Assembly (NCBI RefSeq): GCF_963921235.1
Contig: NC_086097.1
Coordinates: 212,352,001-212,416,000 of the forward strand
Direction of reading: 5' to 3'
DNA from: Mobula hypostoma
Taxonomy: Eukaryota
Length of the DNA stretch: 64,000 nt
The notes beneath the pieces were generated by a model. The model did not search any database. It saw nothing but the letters and a program-made list of their open reading frames with translations, and was not told the DNA's origin. The position numbers were made by a program, and so were the translations under genes. Each line of letters opens with the position of its first letter. Within the stretch, counting starts at the first letter, position 1. This document shows positions 51,413-64,000 of the stretch, piece by piece.

Positions 51413-53289
51413 TAGCATTTGACAACAGAAGTGGTGATGGAGCTTATTTGACAAAACTGGCAATTATTCCCTGGGTGGGCACCTTGAGCATCCTTAGTGC
51501 CTTTCCGCAGAGTTTAAGCTTGGTATACTCACGTCCCATTCGAGACAGATCTGCAGCTATATTTTAGTCATGGCTACCTGATATAACTTCCCAACTTGAA
51601 TCTGTGGTTCCAATTTGTTCATTTAGTGAAAAGCACTAATAAATATCACTAGTTTCTGATTGTCCACTGCTTATTTAAAGTCTTAGCACCATGTGCAGAA
51701 CACCCTGAAGGTTAATTTTAGTTTAAATAATTTTAACTAAATAAGTCTTCCTCAAGTAGGCAGTTTCAAGGTGCTTCTCAAAATTTCATAAACTTTGGCA
51801 TATAATTATTAATAAAAGACATTCATCAATAAAACTGACATGAATATCTTGAGTAAAGCCAATAACAGACTTAAATGCTCAATTTTCTTCTGTGCAGCAT
51901 AAGCGGTTTACTTATACACTTCCGCTAATTCACCACAACAGTAGATCAATGAAAAGTGAAACTTTATTCATACTTAATCATCGTCACAGAGATGGCATCC
52001 CAATTCAAACATTTCAAACAATACTTTAAGACCTCCATTAATTTAAAAATATCTTAATAAGAAGGTATGGAGAGACACACAATATTAATACTTCATGTAG
52101 TCCACTAAATTTTAAGTAGCTTCAGATGTCATTAAACTAGCTGATAAAGCAAATGATTTTTATGTACTGACCTTGAAACAGACAATATGAAAAAGTCATA
52201 TTCCATGTTTGGGATGGTTGTTTATTGTTTGTAACATTTCTGTTATAAGTTTAGTTATAAAACAATAAAGTGTTCTATTGAACACATCCCTTTGACAGTA
52301 TACTGAATTTATTATCTGGTGGAAATGGAAACCTTATAAGCATCATGTTATTTTCATTTTAAAATTGTTGATTTTGACCTCATTGCATGTTTGCTGTCAG
52401 CATTGATTGGAGGGTAAAGGAGCATGATTCACTGATAACAAATTACCACACTTGAGAGGGTACATAATATAATTAATTCATAAGCAATTAACAGAAACCC
52501 AGAAAATGTGTCCTTAAAGTAAAACAGATTTTCTCAAGTGTTTACAAAGTACTTTGCAATTTTTTGTTTGAAAATTTAAAAACCCAAGCCTGGAAATTCT
52601 AATATCTGATTGCCCCATGATTCTCATGGGATGAAACATGCCTTATGGATCCTGTGTGCAAATGGCATGCTTCATGGAGGCACCTGAACCTGTATCGTGG
52701 CATTCAAACACGTTTGGATGTCACTCACTTAAATAAATTTTTATGCATGCATTGACTGAAATGGCACAGACCACTACTGTAAACGTTGTTCACAAAATAT
52801 ATGAGGCATTAAATGGAGCCTGGTTTCGTTGATTCATTGCATAGATTTTGAAGCTTGAATCACCCTATATAAGAGAGATTCTACTTTACAGTGTTAGCTT
52901 TCTCCTTGTGCCTACCACATTCCCTGTGTGTCTACTTCCATCACATCCCTGGCCCAATCACTTTCCCAATCTTCCTCCTTCCAACAACAGAAGATCATAA
53001 CATCACTCCACTCTCTATATCCCACTGAACCTTTGGGGTTCTGAACTCACTTTCCTGAAATTCCAATGTGCTCCTTACAACAAGACACTCTGTGATCAAA
53101 ATCTATTTGTGTTCTTCCCACTCTTCTGCAATGGAAGATGGAAGAGCATTGTATATACAGAATGGACTCTGCCCCCACAGCACTGTGCATACTCAGAGGC
53201 TTAATCAGTTAGTAGCGACTAATAGATCTGAAGAATTCAATTTTCAATCATTTAAGTAGAAAAATTCTACGGTAATATTCAGGTCATAA

Positions 53290-53600
53290 ACTCAGTGGCA
53301 CAACGAGTAGAACTGCTGTCTTACAGTTGCAGTGGCCCAGGTTTCATTCCTATCTCTACAGCTGCCTGTGTAGAGTTTTCATGTTGTCACTGTGACCATC
53401 TGGGATTCCTCTGCATTGTCTGGGGTTTGTCCCACCTCCCAAAGACATGTGGATTGGTAGGTCGACTAGACCCTCGTGTATAGGTGACTGGTCAAATTTT
53501 GAGGAGTTGATGAGAGTGTGGGGAGAGTAATCTGAGATTAGTGTACATGGTGGTTGATGGTTGGTTTTCACGTGTGTTTCAAAAGCTGTATCTCTTGAAG
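53290..53600 (+). mobile_element. V-SINE (HE1-like) tRNA-derived SINE, old
   Basis: tRNA-like head followed by V-domain-like tgtgtagagttttcatgttgtcactgtgacc...cccacctcccaaagacatgt. Confidence 0.7.
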
Positions 53601-53688
53601 TATGCTGCATAAGTTAATTGACAAGTTTTAGCTACAACAGCATTTTACTGGCTGTATGTCTATTTTCAATTATTCATGTTACGCTAAT

Positions 53689-54265
53689 TTCTTCTTCTTC
53701 TTCGGTTGTCTATTGATTTCGATGTTGACTGTGCTGAGAGTTTAGTCTCTGCAGGCACATTTATGGGCCACAAGACCAGCATTGGATCAATGCTGTCTCC
53801 CACATCGGTTGCATTTGTGATTTGACTGGTCTAGCACCAAATGTCTGCGTTCATGACCTGCTTCATATTTCTTCTGTCTTTTCTCCTCAATAGCTGGGAT
53901 TGACTTCTTGATGATGCAGTGCCAACTTCTGCTGTCCAAAGCATCTTTCTCCCAGGTGTTGACATTCATGTCAGTGTTCTTCATCTGGCGCTTGAGCGCG
54001 TCTTTGTAGTGCAGCTGCTGACCACCATGCTTCCTCTTTCCTTCATGTAGCTCGCCATAGAAAAGAGCTTTGGATAAACGATCATCATTCTTGTGACATG
54101 ACCAGTCCAACGCAGCTGAGAAGCTGTAATGAGCGATTCTATGCTGACTACCCAGCACGTTTGAGCACCTCCACATCTGGTACCCTCTCTTGCCACTTGA
54201 TGTGTAATATTTGGCGTAAATGCCTGTGTTGTGTCTTGGTAAATTTCTTGATGTGCTTCCAATAC
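53689..54265 (-). mobile_element. RTE-clade (BovB-like) LINE 3' fragment
   Basis: SIESLITASQLRWTGHVTRM, DRLSKALFYGEL..GKRKHGGQ...YKDALK and a terminal CxxC; (GAA)n tail seen as ttcttcttcttcttc at 53689-53703. Confidence 0.88.
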
Positions 54266-56744
54266 AATGTATGCTATGTTATGCTAAATGCTAATTACTA
54301 CACTTCCTATAATGGTGTGCATTAGGATCATGTAACCTACTGAGGTCTTCTAAGATCATTTAGCAAATGTTTGTCTTAAATGCATACGTAGACAGGAACA
54401 AATTCAAAAAATGCAAATCGATAAAGAAAATCGATATTATACTGGGGATATCGAATTCAGTACAGCTTCCTCATTCATTTATTCAATGTATAAGTTCAAC
54501 CAAACCATGAATTTATTTTGATAAATTGCTCTCTGATTGACATGAAGGTCCAGGATTGATGGACTCCACAGCAATCAGAGAAGATCAGGAACTATTATAT
54601 TCATCACAAGGTCTGGTGAAAAGTATATGCAAAGTAGTCTTCCATAGTTGGCGAAGTTTTAAGTACAGTGATTTAAACATCACAGCTGATGTTTCACTAA
54701 TTCCTCATGCTTGTGGCAATACTTTGCAAATGGCAAACACTTAAAATTACAAATTTCACTTAATTGTGTGCAATTAACTGCCATGTACTTCAAATATTCT
54801 CAATGTGTTCTTGTACTGAGGCAGAGTATTCAACAGTATTCTTTTCCAAAAAAATATTGACAGAAACTACTGTAAAGCATATTTGAATATATAATAATGA
54901 AAAACGTTATTAATCCTTTCACAGATTCTGATATAGAAATCAGAAATTTATATATCAGGACTGATCCCTGTGGTCATTGCCTGTTTGCTGGTGATGTATA
55001 AATTTAAAATTGTGCTGAAGTTATTCAGAAGATATCAGGAAATCGTATGTCGTGATTGGCAAAGATTTTGTAAAGTTGATCTGCGATCTATCCAGCTGCA
55101 GTGTTCAATTTGATCGCGGTGGCATCTAGGGCTGTTTCTAAATAGGCAATATGAAGCTAATTTGGGAAGAAATTGGCAGTAAGCGGGTAGACTAGGAGGA
55201 TTGATCACTGTGATCATTGACTCTTTGCTGGTGATATTGCCGTTGGTGAGAAACAGATGTTAATACAATGAGAGTGGAAAATATTGGAAACACTCAGCAT
55301 ATTAAACAGCATTACTAAAAGAGACACAGAGTTTATGCTTCAGGTCCACAATCCCTTCATCAGAGTCTCTTCTGTCAAGGAACCTCAAAAGTACTTTGAA
55401 TTTTAAAAGGCCAATTTCAATTCTGAGAACTTTTCATTTTTGTTCAGACCTATCTGTATTACTGTTAATTTCAATATGATCTATATGAAAACATTTGCTT
55501 GGTGGCTTTAAGTAATAACAACTATCTTGCTGTATCTGTTCTGGCCAGCTGTTCCTTACTACTGCACATTGTACAGCAGTTGGTGGATGGGGAAACCACT
55601 ATGGGTAGCCCCAAGGCTCTGCTTGTTAGTGTTATTTACCAGCTGCTGCCTATGTGGGGTTAGCAAGTCGGTTTGGAAATGTGCCAGCTTTCTACTGCAG
55701 AAGTGAAGCTATCCCTGTAGCCTTCCTATTTACCCCTGGCTGTTTCCATCTGACACAGCAGTGGCGAGAGTGATCCCCAGGGCTACTGACAGACACTGCT
55801 GGAGTTTAATATAACTACTAACTACAGCTGTATTTACATGCTAAAAACCATACTAAAAATCACTGGCAGTGACCAAAGCAAAATAAAACTATAGGCACCA
55901 TCACTGAAAATTTACTGACACATCAAATTGTCTCCAGCATGCAGCAATAGATAACACTCTCTATATTGTATTTAGAGGTTACAGGGATAAGTGGTAAGAA
56001 TGGGGTGGGTGGCTGTTGATTATGGGGATGGGACTGGGGGTGGATGATCATAGAGGGATTGGATAATTGTAGGGTGTTTACATGGGGTATTGATGATTAA
56101 AATGGAGGTTAAAGGTTTTTGCCGGGGGGAGTTTAGTGATTGAATTATTAGTTGATGATTACCAAGGGGTTGATTATTATAGGAGTGTCAATAATGACAG
56201 GAATCATGGTGAATACATTGGGGCTGTGGTTTTTGACAGCTACACAGCATTTTCTGTTCTTAGGTAGTTAAAGAGCAATGCAAGGACTGCAGAATCTTCT
56301 ACAGAGGGGACATGAGCTTGCTGAAGCAGTAGGTGTATGTGGTTAGGTTGTAAGATGTCAGACTCCTCCTGCCACTCACATAGGACTTCAAGGCTCCCGA
56401 TACCACCTCCAGTACTCCTGCTCCATCTCGAGCAGTCACACTCGGCGACTTTTTGGCTTTTGTATAAAAGTTATTTTACCAAGGCAGCTTTGAGTACATA
56501 ATTTGAATATTGCCCTCCTGGCTGGCCACCTAGTAATTTCTCTGCATAACAAAACTCCAAATAGAGGGTCAGGTGTTAGGCCTGTGAATGATGTGGCTGG
56601 CCCAACGAAGCCACACGTGATCGATGTAGCCTGCCTAACGAAAGCAACTAAATGCTGAGAATGTTTGCCTGCAGGAGATTTGCTTATTATTCTGGTGAAT
56701 TTGGGAAATATTCTGAAGACAGAAAAGGGCTACCTAGACCAAGG

Positions 56745-56905
56745 GATAATTTATGTAACCAACATCAGTATACATCTGGCGGGAAAGCAGAACAGCTGGG
56801 GGAAATGCACACGGTAGCCGGGAGAACGTGTGAACTCCACATGGCCAGCACCTGAGATCCGAATTCCTGAAGCAGTGAGGCAGTTACACTAGCTGCGGCA
56901 CTACC
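56745..56905 (-). mobile_element. V-SINE-like fragment
   Basis: Reverse complement contains atgtggagttcacacgttctcccggctaccgtgtgcatttccccc. A similar fragment lies at about 60140-60250. Confidence 0.55.
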
Positions 56906-58614
56906 CTGTTACCCCACTTCTGCTTTTGTGCATGGAAGAGGCTGGAGGCTGCATTGTATGGCTCTCCGAAAATCACTCTTACAGACACTTCCCTGGTGAC
57001 TCCTGCAATGAGAAGTCCCTGCTGAGAGAGACTTCCTACTGCCCGCAGTTCTTGGACTCTTTGCTGTTCTTCAACAGCCTGTGTAGGATGCTCGGAGGAT
57101 TCTCACTCTTGTCCCCTCCCCATTCCTCACCAATATTCTCCACTGGGTGATCTTGGTTTTGGCCTGTCATCACAAAAGGTAGAACAGCTTCCCATTCATT
57201 GTGAAGATAAGCTGTACTCCCAGGGAGTGTTTGTTCATGTTGAGGTGCAGCATTGTGATGAGAAAGACTAAACAAATGCCAGGGCTATTGTAGAGTCTTG
57301 CTTAATATGGGCTCCACTGAGGCTGCTCTGCCATTTCATCACGGCAGATCCAATTTTCCTCTCAGCCCCAATCTCATGCCTTATCCCTGAACCCCTTCCT
57401 GTCCTGACCAGTCAAGATTCTATTAACCTTTACCTTAAATATACATAAAGACTTGGCCTCCACAGATGCTTGTGGCAATGAATTTCACCACTCCCTGGCT
57501 AAGGAAATTCCTCCTCATTTCTGTTCTGCCTTTATAAGGACGCGCCTCTATTCTGAGGCTGAGTCCTATGGTCTTAGACTCTCCCACCATAGGAAACATT
57601 CTCTCTAAATCCACTTTATCAAGGTTTTTCACCATTTGATAGGTTTCAATGAGGTTACCCCTCATTCTTCCGAATTCTAGTGAATACAGGCCCAGAGCTA
57701 TCAAACGCTGTTCATATGACAAGCCATTCAATCCTAGAATCATTTCGTGAACCTCCTTTGAATCCTCTCCAGTTTCAGCACATCCTTTCTAAGGGACCCA
57801 AATCACTTGCTTTATAACGTTTCAACATTACATCCTTGTTTTTATATTCCAGTCCTCTTGAAATGAATGCAAACATTGCATTTGCCTTCCTCACCACTGA
57901 CTCAACAAGCAAATTAACCTTTAAGGAATCCTGCACAAGGACTCCCAAGTCCCTTTGCTTCTTAGTTTTTTGTATTTTCTCTCCACTTAGAAAATAGTCA
58001 ACCCTTTCATTTCTTCTACAAAGTGCATGTCTATACATTTCCCAACACTGTATTCCATCTGCCACTTCTTTGCCCATTCTCTTAATTTGTCTGTCCTTCT
58101 GAAGCTTCTCTACTTCCTCAAAACTACCTGCCCCTCCACCTATCCCCATATCATCTGCAGACTTCACAACAAAGGAATTAATTCCATAATTCAAATAATT
58201 GACACATAACGTAAAAAGAATCAGTCCCAATACAGACCCCTGTGGAATACCATTAGTCACTAGCAGATGGCCAGAAAAGGCTCCCTTCATTCCCACTCTT
58301 TGCCTCCTGCTTTATCCATGCTAAAATCTTTCTGTAACACCATGGGCTTGTAGCTTGTTAAGCATCCTCATGTGCGCCACTTTATCAAAGGCCTTCTGAA
58401 AATTGAAGTACACAACATCAAGTAATTCTCCTTTGTCTATTTTGCTCGTTAATTCTTCAAATAATTCCAACAGATTTGTTGGGCAAGATTTTCCCTTGAG
58501 GGAACCATGCTGACTGTGACCTATTTGATCATGTGCCTCCAAGTACCCCGAAACCACATCCTTAATAATTGACTCCAACATCTTCCCAACCACTGAGGTC
58601 AGACTAACTGGCTT

Positions 58615-58708
58615 GCCTTGATGAAGGGTCTTGGCTCGAAACGTCGACAGAACCTCTTCCTAGAGATGCTGTCTGGCCTGCTGCATTCACCAGCAACTTT
58701 GATGTGTG
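58615..58708 (+). mobile_element. 94-bp PLE-tail mini-insertion (hammerhead plus terminal segment) inside a CR1
   Basis: TSD taactggctt at 58605-58614 and 58709-58718; contains ttgatgaagggtcttggctcgaaacgtcgac. Confidence 0.88.
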
Positions 58709-59492
58709 TAACTGGCTTATAGTTTCCTTTCTTCTGCCTCTTGCTTCTTGAAGAGTGCAGTTACATTTGCAATTTTCCTGTCTTTGGGAACCATTCCAGA
58801 ATCTAGTTATTCTTGAAAGATCATTACTAATGCCTCCACAATCTCTTCAGCCACCTCTTTCAGAAACCAGGGGTGTACACCATCTGGTCCAGGTGACTTA
58901 CTTACCTTCAGACTTTTCAGTTTCCGAAGAACCCTCTCTCTAGTTATGGTAACTTTACATACTTCAAGCTCCCTGACACCTGGAACTTCCACCATGCTGC
59001 CAGTGTCTTCCAGTAAAGACAGATGCAAAATACTTATTCAGTTCACTGCCATTTCATTGTCCCCCATTACTAGCTCCCCAGCATTGTTTACCAGTGGTCT
59101 GATATCTACTCTTGCCTCTCTTTTACACTTTATGTATCTGAAGAAACTTTTGGTATCTTCTTTAATATTCTTGACTAACTTACTTTCGTATTCCACCTTT
59201 ATCATCTTAATGACTTTTTAGTTGCCTTCTGTTGGTTTCTAAAAGCTTCCCAATCCACTAAATTCCCATTATTTTTTGCTCCATTATATGTTCTCTCTTT
59301 GGCTTTTATGTTGGCCATTGTTGTGTCATCTTTCCTTTAGAATACTTTTTCCTCTTTGGGATGTATACATACTGTGCCTTCTGAATTGCTTCCAGAAATT
59401 CCAGCCATTGCTCCTCTACCGTCATCCCTGCCAATGTTCTTTTCCAATCAATTCTGGCCAACTCCTCTCCCATGCCTCTGTAATTCCCTTTG

Positions 59493-59742
59493 TCTAGGTC
59501 TAGGTATGTCACATCCGGAGTTTCTCCGGTTAGCGGACGATTTCCCTCCATGCCTCTCTGACGTAGTGGGGAACCTTGTATGAGGCAAGTTACAGCAGTG
59601 GTTTGCTATTGCCTTCTGCCAGATGAGTTTCCAAAGAGATCACCAGCTCGTAACCCAGCACGATGGAAAGCGTGCAGGGGAGCCGGCTGGATTCGAACTC
59701 GGGACCTTTTGTCCCAAAGTCCAGCACTGATGCCACTACTGT
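59493..59742 (-). mobile_element. tRNA-derived SINE with RTE/BovB-like segment, inserted in a CR1
   Basis: Minus-strand head agtagtggcatcag...gagttcgaatcc (B box). Body gcagaaggcaatagcaaaccactgc resembles the RTE-associated gaaggcaatggcaaaccactcc motif. Confidence 0.75.
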
Positions 59743-61934
59743 TAGCTTCTCCTTCTTAAATTTCATGGTGAATTTGATCATCTTATGATCACTTTCCCTT
59801 CAGAGTTCTTTTATCCTAAGCTCTCTGATCAATGCTGGCTCATTGCACCAACACCCAACCTAGAATAGCTGATCACCCAGTGGGCTCAACCACGAGCTGT
59901 TCTAAAAACCCATCTCGTAGGCACTCTAGAAATTCCCCCTCCAGTAATCTAGCATCAACATGCTTTTCCCAATCTGCCGCATATTGAAGTGCCATGACTA
60001 TTGTAACATTGCCCTTTTAGCAGGCATTTCCTATCTTCTGTTGTAATTTGTAGGCCACATCCTTACTACTGTTTGGGGGTCTATATGCAACTCCCATCAG
60101 GGTTGTTTTACCCTTGCAGTTCCTCAGCTCTATCCACTATGTTTCAACATAGATGGTCACAGGGAGACCATGCAAACTCCACATAGGCAGTACCTCAGGA
60201 AGAAACCCAGATCCCTGTGAGGTAGTAGCATTAAGTGCTGCACCACCATGCCTCTTTATTTGAGGAGGAGTTTTCAAAGTGTTCCTTCCACAAATGTTGA
60301 TTGCCTCTCTGTCCTTTACCCCCTTGTCTTTCTGTGGGCTGTAGATCCCATGCACAGTTACTGAGTTATTGAGCTCCATATGCTCCTTCCATCTACTATC
60401 TGTTCAGGTGACTCTAGTGCTGCCTCTGTTCCCTTGAAGAACACAGTCAATTTTACTGAGTGATTCTACGCTACCTGTTTCGTCTTTTTTGTCTTCTTGT
60501 AGCCTTGAACTGGTTGGACTCTAGCTTCAGATTTTTAGGTTTCACCCCCACTCCCATTCTTGTGAGTTAAAAATCACTCCCACCTTTGCAAAAGTTGTTT
60601 GGCTTGCATGTTGATAACATTTATTAACTGGCACAACTTATGCAGTGTAACCAGTTACTAAAGACTGCCTGTGGTTTGAGAAGTTCAACAGTTTATTTGA
60701 ATGTAAATGGTCCAAAAAGTAGGTTCCTGTTTATATTATGCAATTTAACCATGAGAACAAAAAGCTGAAATTGTCTATTTGAATTTGCAATTCTCAACAA
60801 CGCATTGAAACTACTGCATTGATTATTTTCACTGTATAATTTCAATCTTTATCATGAAGGCATTCAACTGTGAAATTGAAAAAGTGTATGCTATTAAGTG
60901 AATGTTACCATCTTTCAAGAGACAAAAAAAAGTAACCGGCTTAACCACTAGAATATATAATGATAATGTCTTCAAAAGCAGTTGAAGTAATAGCTTTTTA
61001 AATCCTTAATGTGTGGTTGGAACAGATATATGACAAAGACTGTTCTGTTGCTTAAAGATTCTAGAAACTGTTGTATTGTTTCTCTAAAAACAGCAATGTT
61101 TATGGAAAAAAACAAACTTTTCTTCAGTGAATGAGGTATTGTACAATGACTAGAATTCTAACAATACACCAAATATGAATGACAGGTATGTTGCAAAGAA
61201 ACCTGCACTCTGGGTCTTGAGCTGGAATTCCAAGAAAAACTACTTGAAGTTCAGTCCTGCCCAGAGAGCTCAGCGTACCATGCTTTCTATTCCTCCAAAA
61301 TTCATTCTGATCTGAAGGCAAGAAGATAGGAGTAGAAGAAGACAGAACATAAAGCACACTGGTGACTACATTGTACATTCATTCCCATTGATTGGGAATG
61401 AATTTTAAGGCAACTCTGCTTCCAAAAGGGCATGATATAAACTGTGCTATAAGAAACCCCGACTACCCTAGTAGGGTCAATATCATAGTACTGAACTCTT
61501 GAATATATTAGCATTAAATTGATAAAATACAGACTTATGAATGTGAGAAGTGAAAATTAATGCCAGTTTATTAAATATATCTCTGTGGATGGAGTTAAGG
61601 TACATTGGAATAATGTGGAAGAAGTGTTATTTTTTGTTGATTATAGAGAATTCATCTACACTCCACCTCATTCAGTGCTCTGTTCCAATGGGTGCCAAAA
61701 ACAGAACAGCCTACATTCTCTCAGAAACAAGTACTTACATTCTAAGTACTGGATAATCCACCCACTCTAAACTAACCCTGCAGAAGAATTGTGTGTGTTT
61801 GGATAGACAAAGAAAGTAATCAAACCTTGTCATTGTCTAAAAATCAGAAGCTACCATGGCTTGGTACACAGCAGGCTTTACTAATTTATGGATTAAAGCA
61901 CAAATATACCAGACAATAAAATACAGGAAGTAGG

Positions 61935-62430
61935 ACCATAAGATCTAGGAACAGAATTAGGCCCATCGTGTCTCTGCCACCATTCCATCATGGCTGATTT
62001 ACTATCCCTTTCAACCCCATTCTTCTACCTTCTCCCCGTAATCATTGATGCTCTTCTTTAGGAAGAACGTATCAACCTCCATTTTAAATATACCCAATCA
62101 TTAAATAAGAGAAAATCAGCAGATGCTGGAAATCCAACCAGCACACACAAGATGCTGGACGAACCCTGCAGGCCAGGCAGCATCTTTGGAAAAGGGTACA
62201 GTCAACGTATTGTGCCAGGACCTTTTAGCAGGACTTCCAGCATTTTGATTGTGCTGCTTTTAAATATACCCAATGACTTGGCATCTGTGGCAATGAATTC
62301 CACAGAATCAGCACCATCTGGCTAAAGAAATTCCTCCATATCTCTTTTCTAAAGGACATCCTTGTACACTGAGGCTATGCCCTCTGGAACCATACTGCAC
62401 CCCCCCCACCCTGCCCCACTATAGGAAACA
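61935..62430 (-). mobile_element. CR1 3' end fragment
   Basis: ccaccattccatcatggctgattt...gtggcaatgaattccacaga, similar to 48750-49000. Confidence 0.8.
62099..62257 (-). mobile_element. PLE-tail mini-insertion inside a CR1 3' fragment
   Basis: 17-bp TSD ttttaaatatacccaat at 62082-62098 and 62258-62274; decayed hammerhead at about 62199-62236. Confidence 0.82.
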
Positions 62431-64000
62431 TTCTCTGGAAATACTCAGTAGGTCAGGCTACCTCTATGGGAAGAGAAACACAATGAATGTTTAAACACAA
62501 TAAAGTACCTCTACAGAGAGGGTTTGACCTGAAATGTTAACTCTGTTTCTCTTGCCGAAGATACAGTCAGACTTGCTGAATATTTCCAATATATTTTGTT
62601 TTTATTTCAGATTTATAGCAACTGCAGTTCTTTTTCGATTCTCACTATTTCATAGAATAATTTGTTTTGTAACCATATTCAAGACCAAAATGATTATTTT
62701 AAGTAACCAGCTGCTGCATGTTTTTTTTTATCTGCATGGTTCACATTTCTGCAAAATAATGTTTTTAAAGTATTGTGGTGAAACTGAAACTTCTACAACT
62801 AACATTTAATGGGCTGTGGTGTTGTGTTTGACCTGGCCTTCACTTTGTGTTTATCCCCACATGATACCCATGGTCATATTAACCTTTATCAGTCCCTTGG
62901 ACCTGGTAAGATTTGAGTCTTCATTGCTGTCGTCACTTAATTTATTAACTGCTACACCCTGTTATTTTGTGTGTAATGTACTCCGGTCAATCGCAACAAC
63001 CAACATAAACTTCTTCATGGTTATCTACAGCATAGAGACAAAAGCTAGGCAACGTTATATGTTAGTATGCTGTTGGGTTGTTAATCCCTTGCAATAAATC
63101 AAGCTTTTATACTTCTGGTTATTATTTCCAGATTTTAAAAAAGTTACTGGAGTTATTCCGATTGCTACTTTGTCACAGAAAAGGTTAAGAGTTGTAAGAG
63201 TAAAGAAAGGCTGAGAATAAAGCATGAAAATGAAAAACTTTACAATGATGGGTTCAGTAGAAAGTGACTGTGAAAACACTCATTTCCCTTGTCATTCACA
63301 CTGTCTTCAGAAATTGACAATATTTTCCATTCCCTGGGGTGAGAAGAAGAAACCACCTAAAAATGACATTTACTACCATTTATTATAGTTGTTTTACAAG
63401 ATGAATAGAGAACTAGAATTATTTCACAGGAATCATACATTAAGGATGTTTTAGTATCCTGGCTTTAATTTATTATTAATGATTGAATGATTCCACCACA
63501 ATCTAAAAAGATCTGAAAATGTTGAATCATCCTGAGGCTAAGCAAATTGTTAAATATGTAATTATGTTTGCAAGATCAATTATCATAGATTTTAGAAATA
63601 TATTTATTGAGAATTAATTATTTTCTTTAGCTCCCAAGAATCCAGTGTCATTTGTGTAATAGCTCGACTTACACTAAGGAGGGATTCGGTACTAGTCTGG
63701 AGCGACACTAGAGGAACTCAGTAGGTCAGGCAGCACCAATGGAGGGAAATGGAGAGTCAACACCTCAGGTCGATGAAGGGTCTCAAAGCAATTCAGGGAG
63801 ACTCTAGATTGTAAGAAATGATGGTTCTGGCTGTAGTGATTATGGTGGGGGGGGATGGATATTGGAAGAAGGGTTTTAAAGTTGCCAGCATGGGGTGGAA
63901 ATCAAAAATGTGAAGTTCAGTTGGTAAGTGGGTGGGTTCAGGGCATCAAGGGTTGGGGTATCAGGAGAGGAGTGGGTGGGTAGTCAGGGACATGGTCAGG

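Larger units (their letters stand above)
57320..60136 (-). mobile_element. CR1 LINE ORF2, decayed, with two nested insertions
   Basis: KSPGPDGVHP, DVVYFNFQKAFDKVAH, GIPQGSVLG, KSADD, RMRGNLIETY. Confidence 0.92.

Noticed and set aside
55990..56225. G/T-rich stretch with G-runs (possible G-quadruplex)
   Set aside because: Irregular low-complexity sequence with no independent support for function.

Overview
Repeat-rich vertebrate genomic DNA, most likely from an elasmobranch (inferred from the CR1, Penelope and V-SINE/HE1-like repeat mix). The only host gene is TOX (thymocyte selection-associated HMG-box protein) on the minus strand. Five GT-AG coding exons (44125-43847, 37272-37042, 15777-15697, 13874-13470, 4491-4346) join in frame. 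Upstream exons lie beyond the right edge, and the short terminal exon could not be located. The introns contain decayed CR1, Rex1/Babar-like and RTE LINEs, tRNA-derived SINEs, a composite Tc1/mariner-type MITE family, and several Neptune-type Penelope-like elements (PLEs). One PLE keeps an uninterrupted RT + GIY-YIG frame. The most notable signal is that the PLE 3' tail carries a minimal type I hammerhead ribozyme motif (CUGANGA...GAAAC-NUC). It recurs in about 15 intact or decayed copies on both strands, including tiny hammerhead-only insertions with TSDs, fold-back pairs, and a consensus-perfect copy in sense to the TOX pre-mRNA. Repeat boundaries were set by eye and are approximate unless TSDs are quoted. 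Exon numbers follow the human TOX structure as I recall it.
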